Shown: one piece after another, positions 30,396 to 40,800 of the stretch
Layout of the letters: each line of letters starts with the position of its first letter
Numbering within the stretch: position 1 is the stretch's first letter
Origin: Escherichia coli
GTDB lineage: Bacteria > Pseudomonadota > Gammaproteobacteria > Enterobacterales > Enterobacteriaceae
Assembly: GCF_003019035.1 (NCBI RefSeq)
Contig: NZ_CP027448.1
DNA length: 64,000 nucleotides
Direction: 5' to 3' (one strand)
Notes under the pieces: generated by a model
What the model saw: only the letters and a program-made list of their open reading frames with translations
Databases searched by the model: none
Told to the model about the DNA's origin: nothing
Position numbers and translations under genes: made by a program

Positions 30396-31399
30396 AACAG
30401 AAGAAAGACACGGGGAGGGAAACAATCCTTTCACAGTGTTCATTCGCTTTTATATCCATCCAGTTTACTTGTTTTCTCGTGTATGCCACAGGCGCAATAC
30501 ATAGACAGTCTGGCCAGTAAGTTCATAACGGATTTCGTATTCACCTGCCAAAATCCGTCTGACCTTCCCGGGTTCAAAACTGAAATAACTGTTCCTCCAT
30601 GCGTGGATGAGTTAACAAAATGGCCGGAACCTGTATCAGGTGTCAACGCCACGATGTTTGACCGTTACCGTCTTATATCACTGGCGCTGACACAGGAACT
30701 GCACCGTTCTGGTGGTGGCAGGTAATGGTACATGCGCAGTAAGCACTTTTGTTGCTTGTGCTGTATTTTTTTTCATTTTTACATCCGATTAGTTGTTAAT
30801 CATAGTGATTATATTCAGACGAAACAGGGCAAATAATGCGCGTCAGCGCATGTAAGGCGGCATACGGTGGTTACATGTAGCACAGGTGTAAAACCGCCGA
30901 AGCCCGGCGTAAGCCGGTACTGATTGATAGATTTCACCTTACCCATCCCCAGCCCTGCCAGACTATACTCGCTTTCAGCCATGACAGAGCTTCTGTGCGC
31001 GGTCGGAGTGGTCCCGACAAGGGTTTACCCGCAGTCGGGGCGTATCTCCGCGTTAGCGGGCCGTTAGGGCCGCTTACGAGCGTGTACTTCAAATCTTCCA
31101 GCCAGAAGACTGGCAGCGATGATAATGTAGTTACAACATTCATAATTAAAAGCGACTCTGTTCCGGCCCTTTGGGCCGGGGCGGGGCCGCTTTTCAGTTA
31201 TGAGGGGGGGCTTTGTGGTTTCAGTTCTGCGCGGGACCGGGTTTTTTTGGTGGTTGTATCTGAGTGTTGTAACTAAAGTAGCTCCGGTCGGGGCCCGCCG
31301 CTTGCGGTGGGAGGTGCATATCTGTCTGTCCAAAGGACAGGCAATGAATAGGTTTTCTTTTTAAATGAATGTAGTTAAGTAGTTTAAAGGAGATATAAA

Positions 31400-31620
31400 T
31401 AGGTGTTTAAAAGATACATTGCACCCTGTAAGGCTGGCGGATGGCGCTTTATGACATGAACGGTTGTAACCTTATGAGGAAGTCCCTTGCAGTTAAATGT
31501 GGATAAGCAAAATTCCTCGTCTGTGAGGCGTGTTTTGTATCAAAAACAGGAGGGACCGGATGCACCTGAAGGTGGATGATGAGGTTGTTTTTTGTATGCG
31601 GTGCTGTTTTTTTGTTCGCC
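31400..31620 (-). other. RepFIIA origin region (oriR), approximate, with DnaA box
   Basis: DnaA box TGTGGATAA at 31498-31506, about 180 bp downstream of repA1, as expected for R100/R1-type origins. Confidence 0.5.
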
Positions 31621-31681
31621 GACAGGCTTCAGGCGTGCAGATGCCTCCGGTGCGGGCCAGATTATTCTGAGGAGGTCACTT

Positions 31682-32539
31682 TCAGGGAGAAGCTGTGGCC
31701 AGCCGGCTGTAATTACGGTTACGTGACAGAATCATGCGCTCTTTCACACGACGCTCCACTTCGCGTTTTACCGCCTCACGATTGGCAGTGAAGCGCCCTT
31801 CCGAGATTTCACGCGTCAGCTGCCGTTTCACCAGGGTGACGATATCCTGACGTTCCCTGTTCGCATCACGACGCGCACGGGCACGCTTTATTCCACGGGA
31901 CTTAAGCTCTGTCTGGTAACTGCGGAAATGCTCACGCACAAAACGCCAGGCTTTCGCTATCAGTTCATCCATACCCAGGGTATCCAGTCCCTGCTTTTTG
32001 CGCTGTCTGTTTTCCCATTCAACACGACTGCGGCGCGCAGCAACCACTGCATCCTCAGACACATCAAGGGCGGCAAATAGCGCCGGTGTGAACGTGATAT
32101 TGGTCGGAATGTAGCACCCGATAAGCGGATCATATTCCGTCTGGTAGGTAATCAGTCCCAGCTCTGCAAGGAACGTCAAGGCTCGGGTGGCCCGGGTGAT
32201 GGAGAGTTTTCCGGCAGCAGACTCCGTCGCCAGTCCGCACTCAATGGCCAGCGTAGTGATGGAGCACTGGACGCGGTTGGCCAGCGGGTCATAGTGAAAA
32301 CACAGCCCCTGCAGCAGCGCATCAATAGCCCGGCGACGCAGTACCGGTGGCATGCGCCGACGCAGTCCCTTCGAACGGGCATGTGCCACATGAATGGCGA
32401 AATCAAAACGGGAGGTGAAGTCCACCGCCTTTTCCATCAGTTTTTCGCAGAACTTCAGCGTTCCGGCACCTTCACGGGGTGTGAATACCGGATTCGGGTT
32501 CTTTACCTGGCGGTAATACGTTTGTTGAAGATCAGTCAC
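31682..32539 (-). CDS. repA1: RepA1 replication initiator (IncFII/RepFIIA)
   Basis: Protein matches R100/R1 RepA1 as recalled ([39 protein letters not shown]...[14 protein letters not shown]); GTG start at 32539 overlaps the tap stop. The ORF track extends to 32551. Confidence 0.9.
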
Positions 32540-32606
32540 ACCATCCTGCACTTACAATGCGCAGAAGGAGTGAGCACAGAAAGAAGTCTTGAACTTTTCC
32601 GGGCAT
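32532..32606 (-). CDS. tap: tap leader peptide (translational coupling to repA1)
   Basis: Manual translation gives the 24-aa peptide [24 protein letters not shown], with its stop overlapping the repA1 GTG. Confidence 0.8.
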
Positions 32607-32617
32607 ATAACTATACT
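32589..32617 (+). promoter_or_regulatory. Candidate copA promoter (TTGAAC-17 bp-TATACT)
   Basis: Near-consensus sigma70 -35/-10 on the plus strand, about 85 nt upstream of the terminator at 32657-32708. Confidence 0.5.
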
Positions 32618-32623
32618 CCCCGC

Positions 32624-32708
32624 ATAGCTGAATTGTTGGCTATACGGTTTTTAGATGGCCCCGGTAATCTTTCATGTCGCCAAACTTGAAGAAGATTATC
32701 GGGGTTTT
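32624..32708 (+). ncRNA. copA: CopA antisense RNA (copy-number control), approximate ends
   Basis: Antisense to the repA1 leader upstream of tap; ends in a 14-bp stem (CCCCGGUAAUCUUU...GAAGAUUAUCGGGG) plus UUUU. Confidence 0.55.
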
Positions 32709-32838
32709 CACTTTTCTGGCTCCTGTAAATCCACATCAGAACCGGTTCCCTGCCACCTTATGGCGTGGCCAGCCACAAAATTCCTTAAACGATCAGCAAT
32801 CTATCACTCACGCCTGAGATAAGCAATAATGTGAATAT

Positions 32839-33096
32839 TCACATTATTGCTCTGCGTTTCAGCTCTGATTCAATCAGTTTTTCAAGCATCTGCGCCTGGG
32901 TAATACCTTCCTCATCTGCCAGTTCACTCAGCCTGTCTTTTAAACGGGCCTGGATAACCGCATGAAAAGCCTTATGAGTGTTGCTTCTGCGAGCCAGAGA
33001 AGCCCTTTGCCTCTCTCTGGCCGGAACAGGGTTACCTTTCCGGTATGCACGCTTGTTACCTGATGAGGAAGTCACTGCATTTTCTGTCTGCGACAT
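32839..33096 (-). CDS. copB: CopB (RepA2) repressor of the repA1 promoter
   Basis: 85-aa protein MSQTENAV... matching R100 RepA2 in sequence and position. Confidence 0.85.
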
Positions 33097-33263
33097 CTCG
33101 CCTCCTCAATACTTAAACAGGGATCATTTCGCAGAGGATACTACAGTTTTTTGAAATCAGCGACTTGAGAATTGTGACAAAGATCTGTGTTGGCGCACAA
33201 ATCAACGGGGATTACTGTCGTTTAATGTGATTTAAACTGTGAAATAGTATGGTTTTCAGTTAT

Positions 33264-33339
33264 GGAAACGCCGGGAGCGGAGAAAACTTGCTTTTTCCCG
33301 TTTCCGGGGTTGGACAACTGAGCAACGCGAAGGCGTCAG
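33264..33339. repeat. Conserved ~75-bp hairpin-containing element, copy 1
   Basis: GGAAACGCCGGG...hairpin...TTTCCGGGGTTGGACAACTGAGCAACGCGAAGGCGTCAG; second copy at 46086-46158. Confidence 0.7.
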
Positions 33340-33926
33340 CTACGATGTTCAGGTGGCTGCTGATCAGCCCCTGTTGTATTCAGCCATTCGCCGGTCATCT
33401 GCAGCAGTTTTCTGGCATCGTGGCTTCTGAGCAACGGTATACCAGCCTGCCTCATAACCTCTTCCAGAAGAATATCCCGGCGTCTGCGTTCCGGTCGTAA
33501 ATGGCTGGCATCATCCAGCTCTACTGCTGCAACAATACTGAACGAACGCCGCTCAACGATAACCACATCAACATGCCACTGGGACACCATCCTGAATAAC
33601 TGCCACCACTGACGTGATCGTGGCCGGATATTCCCGTTCAGCTGGACGATATCAGCGCCCCGTACCTGCGGGCACAGATACCACCGCTTCATATCCACAA
33701 TCCTGAACAACCCTTTCATGAAACTGACCTCTCTTTCTGTCAGCAACGTTTTCTGACGCTGCCAGTATTCACCGCTGACCAGTATTCGCTCAGCTTCACT
33801 GGGGCGTATGCCTGCTGCATGTAACCGTATCAGTGCGGGAGGACAGTTTTTACTCCTCCGGAATATTATCCGGACAGACAAAACAGCTATAATAATAACG
33901 ACTACAATGAAAATAATTAAATTCAT
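33336..33926 (-). CDS. DUF2726-like membrane-anchored protein (putative nuclease fold)
   Basis: N-terminal TM (MNLIIFIVVVIIIAVLSV) then a domain with blocks ...FRIVDMKRWYLCPQV... and ...HVDVVIVERRSFSIVAAVELDD... that I recall as DUF2726-like. Confidence 0.55.
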   Translation of the reverse strand: MNLIIFIVVVIIIAVLSVRIIFRRSKNCPPALIRLHAAGIRPSEAERILVSGEYWQRQKTLLTEREVSFMKGLFRIVDMKRWYLCPQVRGADIVQLNGNIRPRSRQWWQLFRMVSQWHVDVVIVERRSFSIVAAVELDDASHLRPERRRRDILLEEVMRQAGIPLLRSHDARKLLQMTGEWLNTTGADQQPPEHRS

Positions 33927-34077
33927 TATTATGTCCTTAATTACATATGAGTCCAGATGAACGAATGTAGTTTTCACCCGAAGTAAGACTCGCAATATTT
34001 ATCCCATGAATTACCTGAACGTTATCAGAAATACGACAAACCAGATCCGCAACAGATAATTCTGTTGTGATAAGGGG

Positions 34078-34704
34078 TCACCGCCTCGTTAACCAGACAA
34101 TTTTATCAGCCTGGATTTTAATTACCCCACGACGAACCAACTCACTACGTATACTAACAGCCCGTTCTTTATGCCATTCTCCTCGCATATGCGATTTTAA
34201 ATAATTATTAAACCCCTCCACTGACACCGGTAAATTCCGCACATCACTTCCGGATGCCTGCTGCATTCTGTTAGCCCACCGGATAATAACATCCCCCTCA
34301 GGGACAATCAGGTGAGATACCGGCAAATGACTCTCAGCGTGCTCTGGCGCAATACGTTCGCAACGAAAACCCCGTTTTTGCAGAGTATGAATTATTCCAT
34401 CATAGCCTTTATCGTTTGAAATAATATGCCAGGTGTTGTTTCCGGCACTGCAGCACGTCATCCTGCCGAGCTCCATAACAAGGTGAAAGTCAACATTATT
34501 CTTCGAAATGTTATCTATCTGTCTGATACTCACTCTGATATTATCTGGCCAGGTATCAGCAGGTAAGACCACTGTTTGCTGAAGAGGACCAGCAAATAAA
34601 ATCAAATCGGTATAATCAGCAAGCGATATATTTCTCAGATTGCAACAGTTTTCATAATCAATGAGCGCAATGCGTAATGCTTCATTTCTCATCATGTTTT
34701 CCAT
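34078..34704 (-). CDS. NYN/PIN-like domain protein (putative RNase fold)
   Basis: N-terminal ...RIALIDYENC... and later ...WHIISNDKGYDGIIH... match the acidic-residue arrangement of NYN-type domains; the ORF may start further upstream (track: 34740). Confidence 0.45.
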   Translation of the reverse strand: MENMMRNEALRIALIDYENCCNLRNISLADYTDLILFAGPLQQTVVLPADTWPDNIRVSIRQIDNISKNNVDFHLVMELGRMTCCSAGNNTWHIISNDKGYDGIIHTLQKRGFRCERIAPEHAESHLPVSHLIVPEGDVIIRWANRMQQASGSDVRNLPVSVEGFNNYLKSHMRGEWHKERAVSIRSELVRRGVIKIQADKIVWLTRR

Positions 34705-34997
34705 TATATATTCACCATAATAAAACAGAATAAACTGCAAACCCGACGCAGTGTATCTACCGGTCTGGTTAAGTTTTCATTATCGGAATATAAAATATTG
34801 TCTGCCGCCAGTCAGGCAGCCCGGAGTTCCGTGAGTGATATAACAAATCAATAAACCACCACTTAATTCATAAACATCCTTGTGTCACTATAAGCCGGTC
34901 GGTTATCCGGTGCGCCATGAGTAATCCGTTCTGAAGAACGGAAATACAGAGTGCCAGGTTGTCTCTCATAATACAAAAGCAAATTTCATGCATCATT

Positions 34998-35035
34998 CAG
35001 CCTCCTTACCCTGGAGAAACGGAGGCTGTTTTTTT
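34998..35035 (+). terminator. Rho-independent terminator (plus strand)
   Basis: CAGCCUCC-loop-GGAGGCUG followed by UUUUUUU. Confidence 0.55.
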
Positions 35036-35428
35036 ATATTCCTGAAACACCATCCGCAATGATTCATCGCTGGTGAGTTTTATGAATTTAATCTCAAATA
35101 TGCCAGCCTCTTTATTTATTCCTTCCGTCCATATTTCCGGCATCGTTCTGCGCGTAGCCGGGCAAATCGTCGCCAGTCCGCCCGGGGAGCAATTCCGGCG
35201 GCCTGACACCACGCCTCAGCAGCCTCCATCCAGAATCCACGGATTTCCAGATTAACAGCCCTGTGTCCGGTACGCTGCCAGCGCCAGACCTGGCCGTTTC
35301 GTGAACTGTTTCTGAATCCATTCATTTTCCTGTCCCCCTTTAGTTGTCAGTATTATTGTGATAAATAATTCAGTGGACTAGTTTTCTTTCGGGTACGGAA
35401 GTTATTTCCTTTTAAGCCTTATTTCCCT

Positions 35429-35456
35429 GCCTCCTCTCTCTGAGGGAGGCTTTTTT
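35429..35456 (+). terminator. Rho-independent terminator (plus strand), abutting the finO stop
   Basis: GCCUCC-ucucucugag-GGAGGC followed by UUUUUU; the U-tract exists only on the plus strand. Confidence 0.5.
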
Positions 35457-36016
35457 CATTTCTCATCAAGCACGGCCTGAAGTTCTGCCTTTATCCGGTT
35501 CTGGCGGCGGATTTTATCCAGACGCGTTGCCGCATACGCTTCCTCCTCCTGAGAAATATGCTCCGTCACATACCCTTCCGTGTCATACCGGCAGGCACCG
35601 GCTTTCATGGCACACAGATAGCTTTCTGAACGGGTGATGGCCTTCAGCGCCCTGCGCAGTTTTTTATGCGAGAGTGGGATATTCCGCTGCGCCACGTCTT
35701 CCATTAACACGTCCCGGATACCACAGGCCAGAAGCCGGGGTGTGTCACCGTCAAACAATCCCGGCCACCAGGGCTTCAGGGTGTTCACGGCCTCATCCAG
35801 CGTGGGCAGGTTCAGATAAATGGACAGCGCCTGTCTGGCCTGCGCTTTTTTTGCCGCCAGCTCCGCTTCCCGGGCTGCTTTCTCGGCCAGCTTCTGCTTT
35901 TTCACCTTCCATTTTGGTGGCGTGGTGACATTGATGATGGTTTTCCGGCTGCGGACAGGCGTCTCTCCTTCCGTTTTCCGCTTCAGTGTCAGTACAGGTC
36001 GTTTTTGCTCTGCCAT
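35456..36016 (-). CDS. finO: FinO fertility-inhibition RNA chaperone
   Basis: [52 protein letters not shown]... matches F/R100 FinO; located after traX as in F. Confidence 0.9.
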   Translation of the reverse strand: MAEQKRPVLTLKRKTEGETPVRSRKTIINVTTPPKWKVKKQKLAEKAAREAELAAKKAQARQALSIYLNLPTLDEAVNTLKPWWPGLFDGDTPRLLACGIRDVLMEDVAQRNIPLSHKKLRRALKAITRSESYLCAMKAGACRYDTEGYVTEHISQEEEAYAATRLDKIRRQNRIKAELQAVLDEK

Positions 36017-36118
36017 GCTTACTCTGACCTTCGTGAAAATATGCCCTGCAGGCCGTTGAAACAACTCATCGTAACAGGAAGTTAATTTCAACGACCTTTA
36101 ACGTATAAATACTGACAA

Positions 36119-36978
36119 TTAAAGATATTGTTTAAACCATTGTGTCTGCACAGCTACTACACGTTCAAAAAACGCGCCCTCATAAATATCATAATGGCAT
36201 GCATCAGCTTCCTCGTATAATTCCTTAGTACCAGAAGCAACAGCATCATATAATGCTCTTCCCTGTTCCGGTGGATTAACGCTATCCTGGCCGGCAATAA
36301 CAACCAAAACTGGGCACTGGACGCTGGCTGCACTCTCTGCCGGTTTATATTGCAACGTTTCCATGACCGTAAGGAAAGGTATTTTTATATCCATTTCGGG
36401 ATGCCGGGCTTTGATTTTCTCGAAGAATACCTTCGATTCATTATCACTTAGTACCCGTGTAACCCCCACAAACATCTCTTTCCCGGTGTTTTTCTTCTTC
36501 TCTGCCATTTTATTCAGCGTGGATAGAAAAGACGCTCTCTCCGATTCATTCATCTCTCCGGTAACCAGAACATCACCGTCAGCAAAAGCCAGCTGGCTGA
36601 CAATACATTTTACGCGTTGGTCCTGCGCAGCTGCACTGAAGACATGCCCCCTCCCAGCGATGTTCCCCATAACCCAATACGCTGATTATCAATACATTCC
36701 TGCTTTTCTGCCCAATTGATAACTGAAATAATATCTTCGGTCTGCATTGCAGGAACCAGACGCCCTCGTTCTCCATCACTCTCACCGAATCCTCGATAAT
36801 CAAAAGTAATCGTTGCGAATCCTGCTTCTGTGAAGGCATTCGCAAAGCAAGGGAGCAGAACATTCCTGATACCGCAAAACCCATGGCATAAGATAATCAA
36901 CGGATGTTTTATATTTCCTTCAGGAACACGAAATGTCAGGGCAATACCTTCAGAGAGTTTGTGATCCGTAATTTTCAT
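36119..36978 (-). pseudogene. Alpha/beta-hydrolase-fold protein, frameshifted
   Basis: Two overlapping ORFs (36610-36978 and 36119-36670) together form one hydrolase; nucleophile-elbow-like GLWGTSLGG. Confidence 0.6.
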
Positions 36979-37036
36979 AAATATCCTGTGTTATGTTGTT
37001 TATTAATAATCAGAATCAGCGTCAGTATCATACCAG

Positions 37037-37783
37037 TCACAACGCCAGAATGCCCAGCACAGCCAGATGACAGGCATAGAACGTCGGGAAAAAATCCCCG
37101 GGCCAGAAACGGGGTAATGATTTCCCTGCACACGACACCAGACCAACGGTCAGCACCGTCATCACAAGACCAGCTACAGCCGCCACATCACTGATAGTAA
37201 GGTTAAGAGCAGGAATAACAGCCAGCAGGCATGTAACCAGAACCAGACTCTCCGCTCTGTATTCCGCCCGGTATACCCGGTAGCTGGCCGCTAACATCAA
37301 CACCCCGACAATACCGTAACTGGTACCGGACAAAGGCAGCCATACTGCCAGAAGCGACATAGTCCCTGCGGAACGCCACAGGCTGCGCGTTTCACACCAT
37401 GTCAGCACCTGTGCCGCAACGGCAAAGGCAAACAGGATATTCCCCTCATACCAGGGAAAGCCGGCCAGATAATATGCGAACTGGGCAATCACTGCCCATC
37501 CCCACAACCGGTTAATGGCCTCCTGCCGGATATGCGTATGACGGGACAGATTCAGCCCCCACACCAGGGCAAAAAGCGGAAAGGCTCCTCGACCGGCCAG
37601 AAACATCCACGTCTTGTCCAGATGCAGAATGCGGTTTGCATGGTCCAGTACCATCAGCACCAGTGCCACCGTTTTGATGATATCCCGCTGTCCGGGTGAC
37701 CAGACCAGCAACGACTGCAACCAGGTATCGGTCCGGGCAGCCAGTGAATCGTTACGTGTCGTGTTCGTGTTATCCGTTGTCAT
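37037..37783 (-). CDS. traX: TraX (F-pilin acetylase)
   Basis: Polytopic membrane protein directly downstream of traI, as in F; start taken at MTTDNTNTT. Confidence 0.85.
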   Translation of the reverse strand: MTTDNTNTTRNDSLAARTDTWLQSLLVWSPGQRDIIKTVALVLMVLDHANRILHLDKTWMFLAGRGAFPLFALVWGLNLSRHTHIRQEAINRLWGWAVIAQFAYYLAGFPWYEGNILFAFAVAAQVLTWCETRSLWRSAGTMSLLAVWLPLSGTSYGIVGVLMLAASYRVYRAEYRAESLVLVTCLLAVIPALNLTISDVAAVAGLVMTVLTVGLVSCAGKSLPRFWPGDFFPTFYACHLAVLGILAL

Positions 37784-37802
37784 CAGTGTTTGTCTTCCTG
37801 TA

Positions 37803-40800
37803 TCAGTCTCCGCCCAGGGTTTTCTCTTTCTGCAGGTCACGAACCATATCCCGCTCCATCTGCTGCAGACGCTCCTGCAGCAGATTTTCCCGGGCAACCT
37901 CCCGGACCGCTTCCCGCTCCCGTTGTGATTCACGCAGCACACTATCCGGCAGCGCGGCTTCCCGTTCAGTTATGGCAGCCCGGTCACGCTCCTGCCCGGC
38001 AATTTCCCTGACAGCCAGCTCTGTTTTGCCATCCGGCAGGTCAGGTTTGTTCTCTGCCATTTTACGGACAATTTCATCTGCGCGGCGTTCCGTTTCACGG
38101 CGGATGGCCTCTTCAGCCTGCCTCTGTGCCAGCACCTCTGCCGTGACCGGTTCGCCATTTCCGGCTCCCGGCTGGACGCTGTTGTCCGGGATATCCCCCC
38201 ACACGCGGCCACCGGTTATGGCACCGGGATTCCACGGACGGCCTTCACCGGCGATTCTTACCACCACACCACTGTCAGGATTATCACGGGCAATCCGGAC
38301 ACCATCCTGCATATTATCAGCCAGCAGGCTTTCTCCGTTACGGCTGCCCTGCAGGGCCACAAACTGTGCATCTTCACTGCCCTTCACCCGGCCTTCACCA
38401 CTGAATCCCCGCAGCCCGTTTCCGTCATCCGTGGTCAGCGGGTTCAGCCAGATACCGGCAGACTTGCCGTTACGGTCAAAAGCCGGCAGTGCCACATACG
38501 GCTGTGGGTATTTGCGCCCCGGAGCAATAAACCGTGCAGGACTGTCTCCCCCGGCCAGCCCCGCCTGACGAAGAACGGCTCGGCCTGCCGCCACGTCCCG
38601 CAGCTCCCGCGCCGTACTGAACAGCCGCTCTGCATTCATGACCTCCCGGTCCGATTTCGGCTCAAACACATCGTGGGCAGTTCCTTTCTGTTCGGCATTG
38701 TTAATGGCATCCGTCCAGCCCTGACGGTTATCGGTGTACACCTGCACATGCTGCTTCATACGCGACAGGGCCACGTAGGCTGACTCAAAGCCGGCCATCT
38801 GTTTCCGGCTGCCTTCCGTGCCTTCAAGCGCAATGGCAAAGGTTTCACTTGCCCCCTGCGCACCGTGGGCGGTGATGGCATAGGCCAGGTCAATATGTTG
38901 CTCTGCCCGCTCCTGACCGGGGCGAATCACCCGGGTCTGCTGTCCGCCCGACAGCGTGACACTGTCACCGGAAACCGCTGTCACCGTCCAGACGCTGTTG
39001 GCCACATAGCCGCGCTCCCGGTCACTCTTCGTGAAGCGCATCCGGTCACCGGTCCCCACCCGGATGGTGTCCGGGGTGTACAGTGTGACACCTTCAGCCA
39101 CCGCCTCCCGGGGCGAAATCAGCCGCGTGTTACCTTCCGCATCCTGCAGGGTTATCAGCCCGTCACCCTTACTGATACCGGCAATCCGGTGATACACATT
39201 ATCCACCAGGACAAGTGCGTCCCGATGTGTCTCCCAGGTGGAGAGACGACGCAACTCCCCGTCGCGTATATTCGCTGTGTTCAGGACAGGCACCATGACC
39301 TGCTCTTTCCCCAGCTCACCGGCCTTTTCCCGTGCATCATGAATCATGCTGTTCAGTACGCGCCGGTCCTCATTCAGGTGCGTGACAATAAGCGTCTGCT
39401 CCCGTGCTTCCGGCGTCCTGCCGGTATAGTCGCGGACAATGGCTTCATACAGTGTCATGGGGACATCCGGAAAAGCCTCGCCGTTCTGCATCGCCTTCTG
39501 CTGCGCTTCTGCCAGTTTCGCTTCCTGGCTGTGACTGAACTCCGTCACAGAGTGCTCCGGTACCCATGCGCCCTCCTGACGTGGCACCTGAGACGGTTTC
39601 ACACTCTCAAGCCCGGACAATGCCCTTTCCACATCCCGGTTAATCAGGCTGTATACCGCCTCCCGCAGTTCCGGCGTCTGACGCACAATCTCCTTCATGA
39701 TGGCCACATCGGCAGCGCTGCGCGTCTGCTGGAGACGGAAAGGCTGACCGGGCGCGATGGCCTGCAGCTGGTCCGTGTCACCGCTGGCCACTGCACGACC
39801 ACCACCGGCCGCAATCAGGGCATATGCCCGTGCCATGTCGGTATTGCCCACCATTGAGCTCTCATCGAGCAGGAACAGCGTGTTGCTGAAATCCGGCGTT
39901 TCTCCGCTGCGCAGCTGCAGCTGCGTGCCATGCAGAAAGGACGCCAGTGTCTGTGCATCCACGCCGGCGCTGCGCATCTCCCCGACCGCACGGTGCGTGG
40001 GCCCCAGCCCCACGACACGGGGACGCTCACTCTCCGGCAGCATGTTCACGGCTGACATCACCGCCCGGAACTGTGTGGTCTTACCCACACCGGCATAGCC
40101 CTGCACCACCGTGAAACGGTCGGACGTTTCCAGTATCATGCGGGTGGCGGCACGCTGTCCTGATGTCAGACTCTCCATGACTCCGCCAGGGACTCTCTCC
40201 ATCAGCGGCGTGACCGCCTCCTTACCTTCGAGAATATGGCGAAGAATGCTCTTTTCTGCCTCATACGACGCACGGGAAACCAGCAGGCCTGTGCCATAGC
40301 CTTTTGCCACATCCACATACAGTAAATCACCGCGTTTTATCTGCGCATTGATTTCCCCTCCCAGTTCAGTAAAACTGGTTCCTTCTGCAGCAAACGACTT
40401 CGCCTCTGTCAGCAGGTCCACCATGCTGAAGGCCAGGTTTTTACTTTCCAGCACAGGAAGGGCCAGATGAATGGCCTGCTGTGCCGGCGTGTGAAGCCCG
40501 GCTTTCTGCAGACTGATAGCGGTTTCCAGCAATGTCTCACCGGCACGCGCCTTTATCTGCTCAGAAACCACCGTAAAGGAGGGATGGCGGGCAAGGTTTT
40601 CCGCCGTACGGGTTTCATCCAGCGAGGAATACAGCCGGACATCACGACCGCTGCGGGCCAGACCGTTCAGGGTGGCGTTGTCCATTGCCATCTGTGTGAC
40701 GGAGGCAAAAACCTTCGCACTGTCGCTGACGGAATGCCCGGGCGTTTCCACCCAGCCGTTCTCCAGCTTCAGTGCCGTGAACGGTGAATCGCTCACAGGC

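Noticed and set aside
31576-31791. 71-aa plus-strand ORF overlapping the 3' end of repA1 and the origin-proximal region
   Set aside because: Overlaps the repA1 terminus on the opposite strand and the origin-proximal region; no RBS or known family. RepA4-like ORFs exist in R100, but I could not support an assignment from sequence.
34741-35456. Hok/SrnB-family toxin peptide expected near finO in F-like plasmids
   Set aside because: Manual six-frame reading found no small ORF with the Hok-type TM and Cys/Glu pattern; only the terminators and palindromes are reported.
37696-39857. Long plus-strand ORFs (37696-38568, 38865-39857 and others) inside traI
   Set aside because: Antisense to traI, with Ser/Arg/Pro-rich low-complexity translations typical of reverse-frame artefacts in GC-rich coding DNA.
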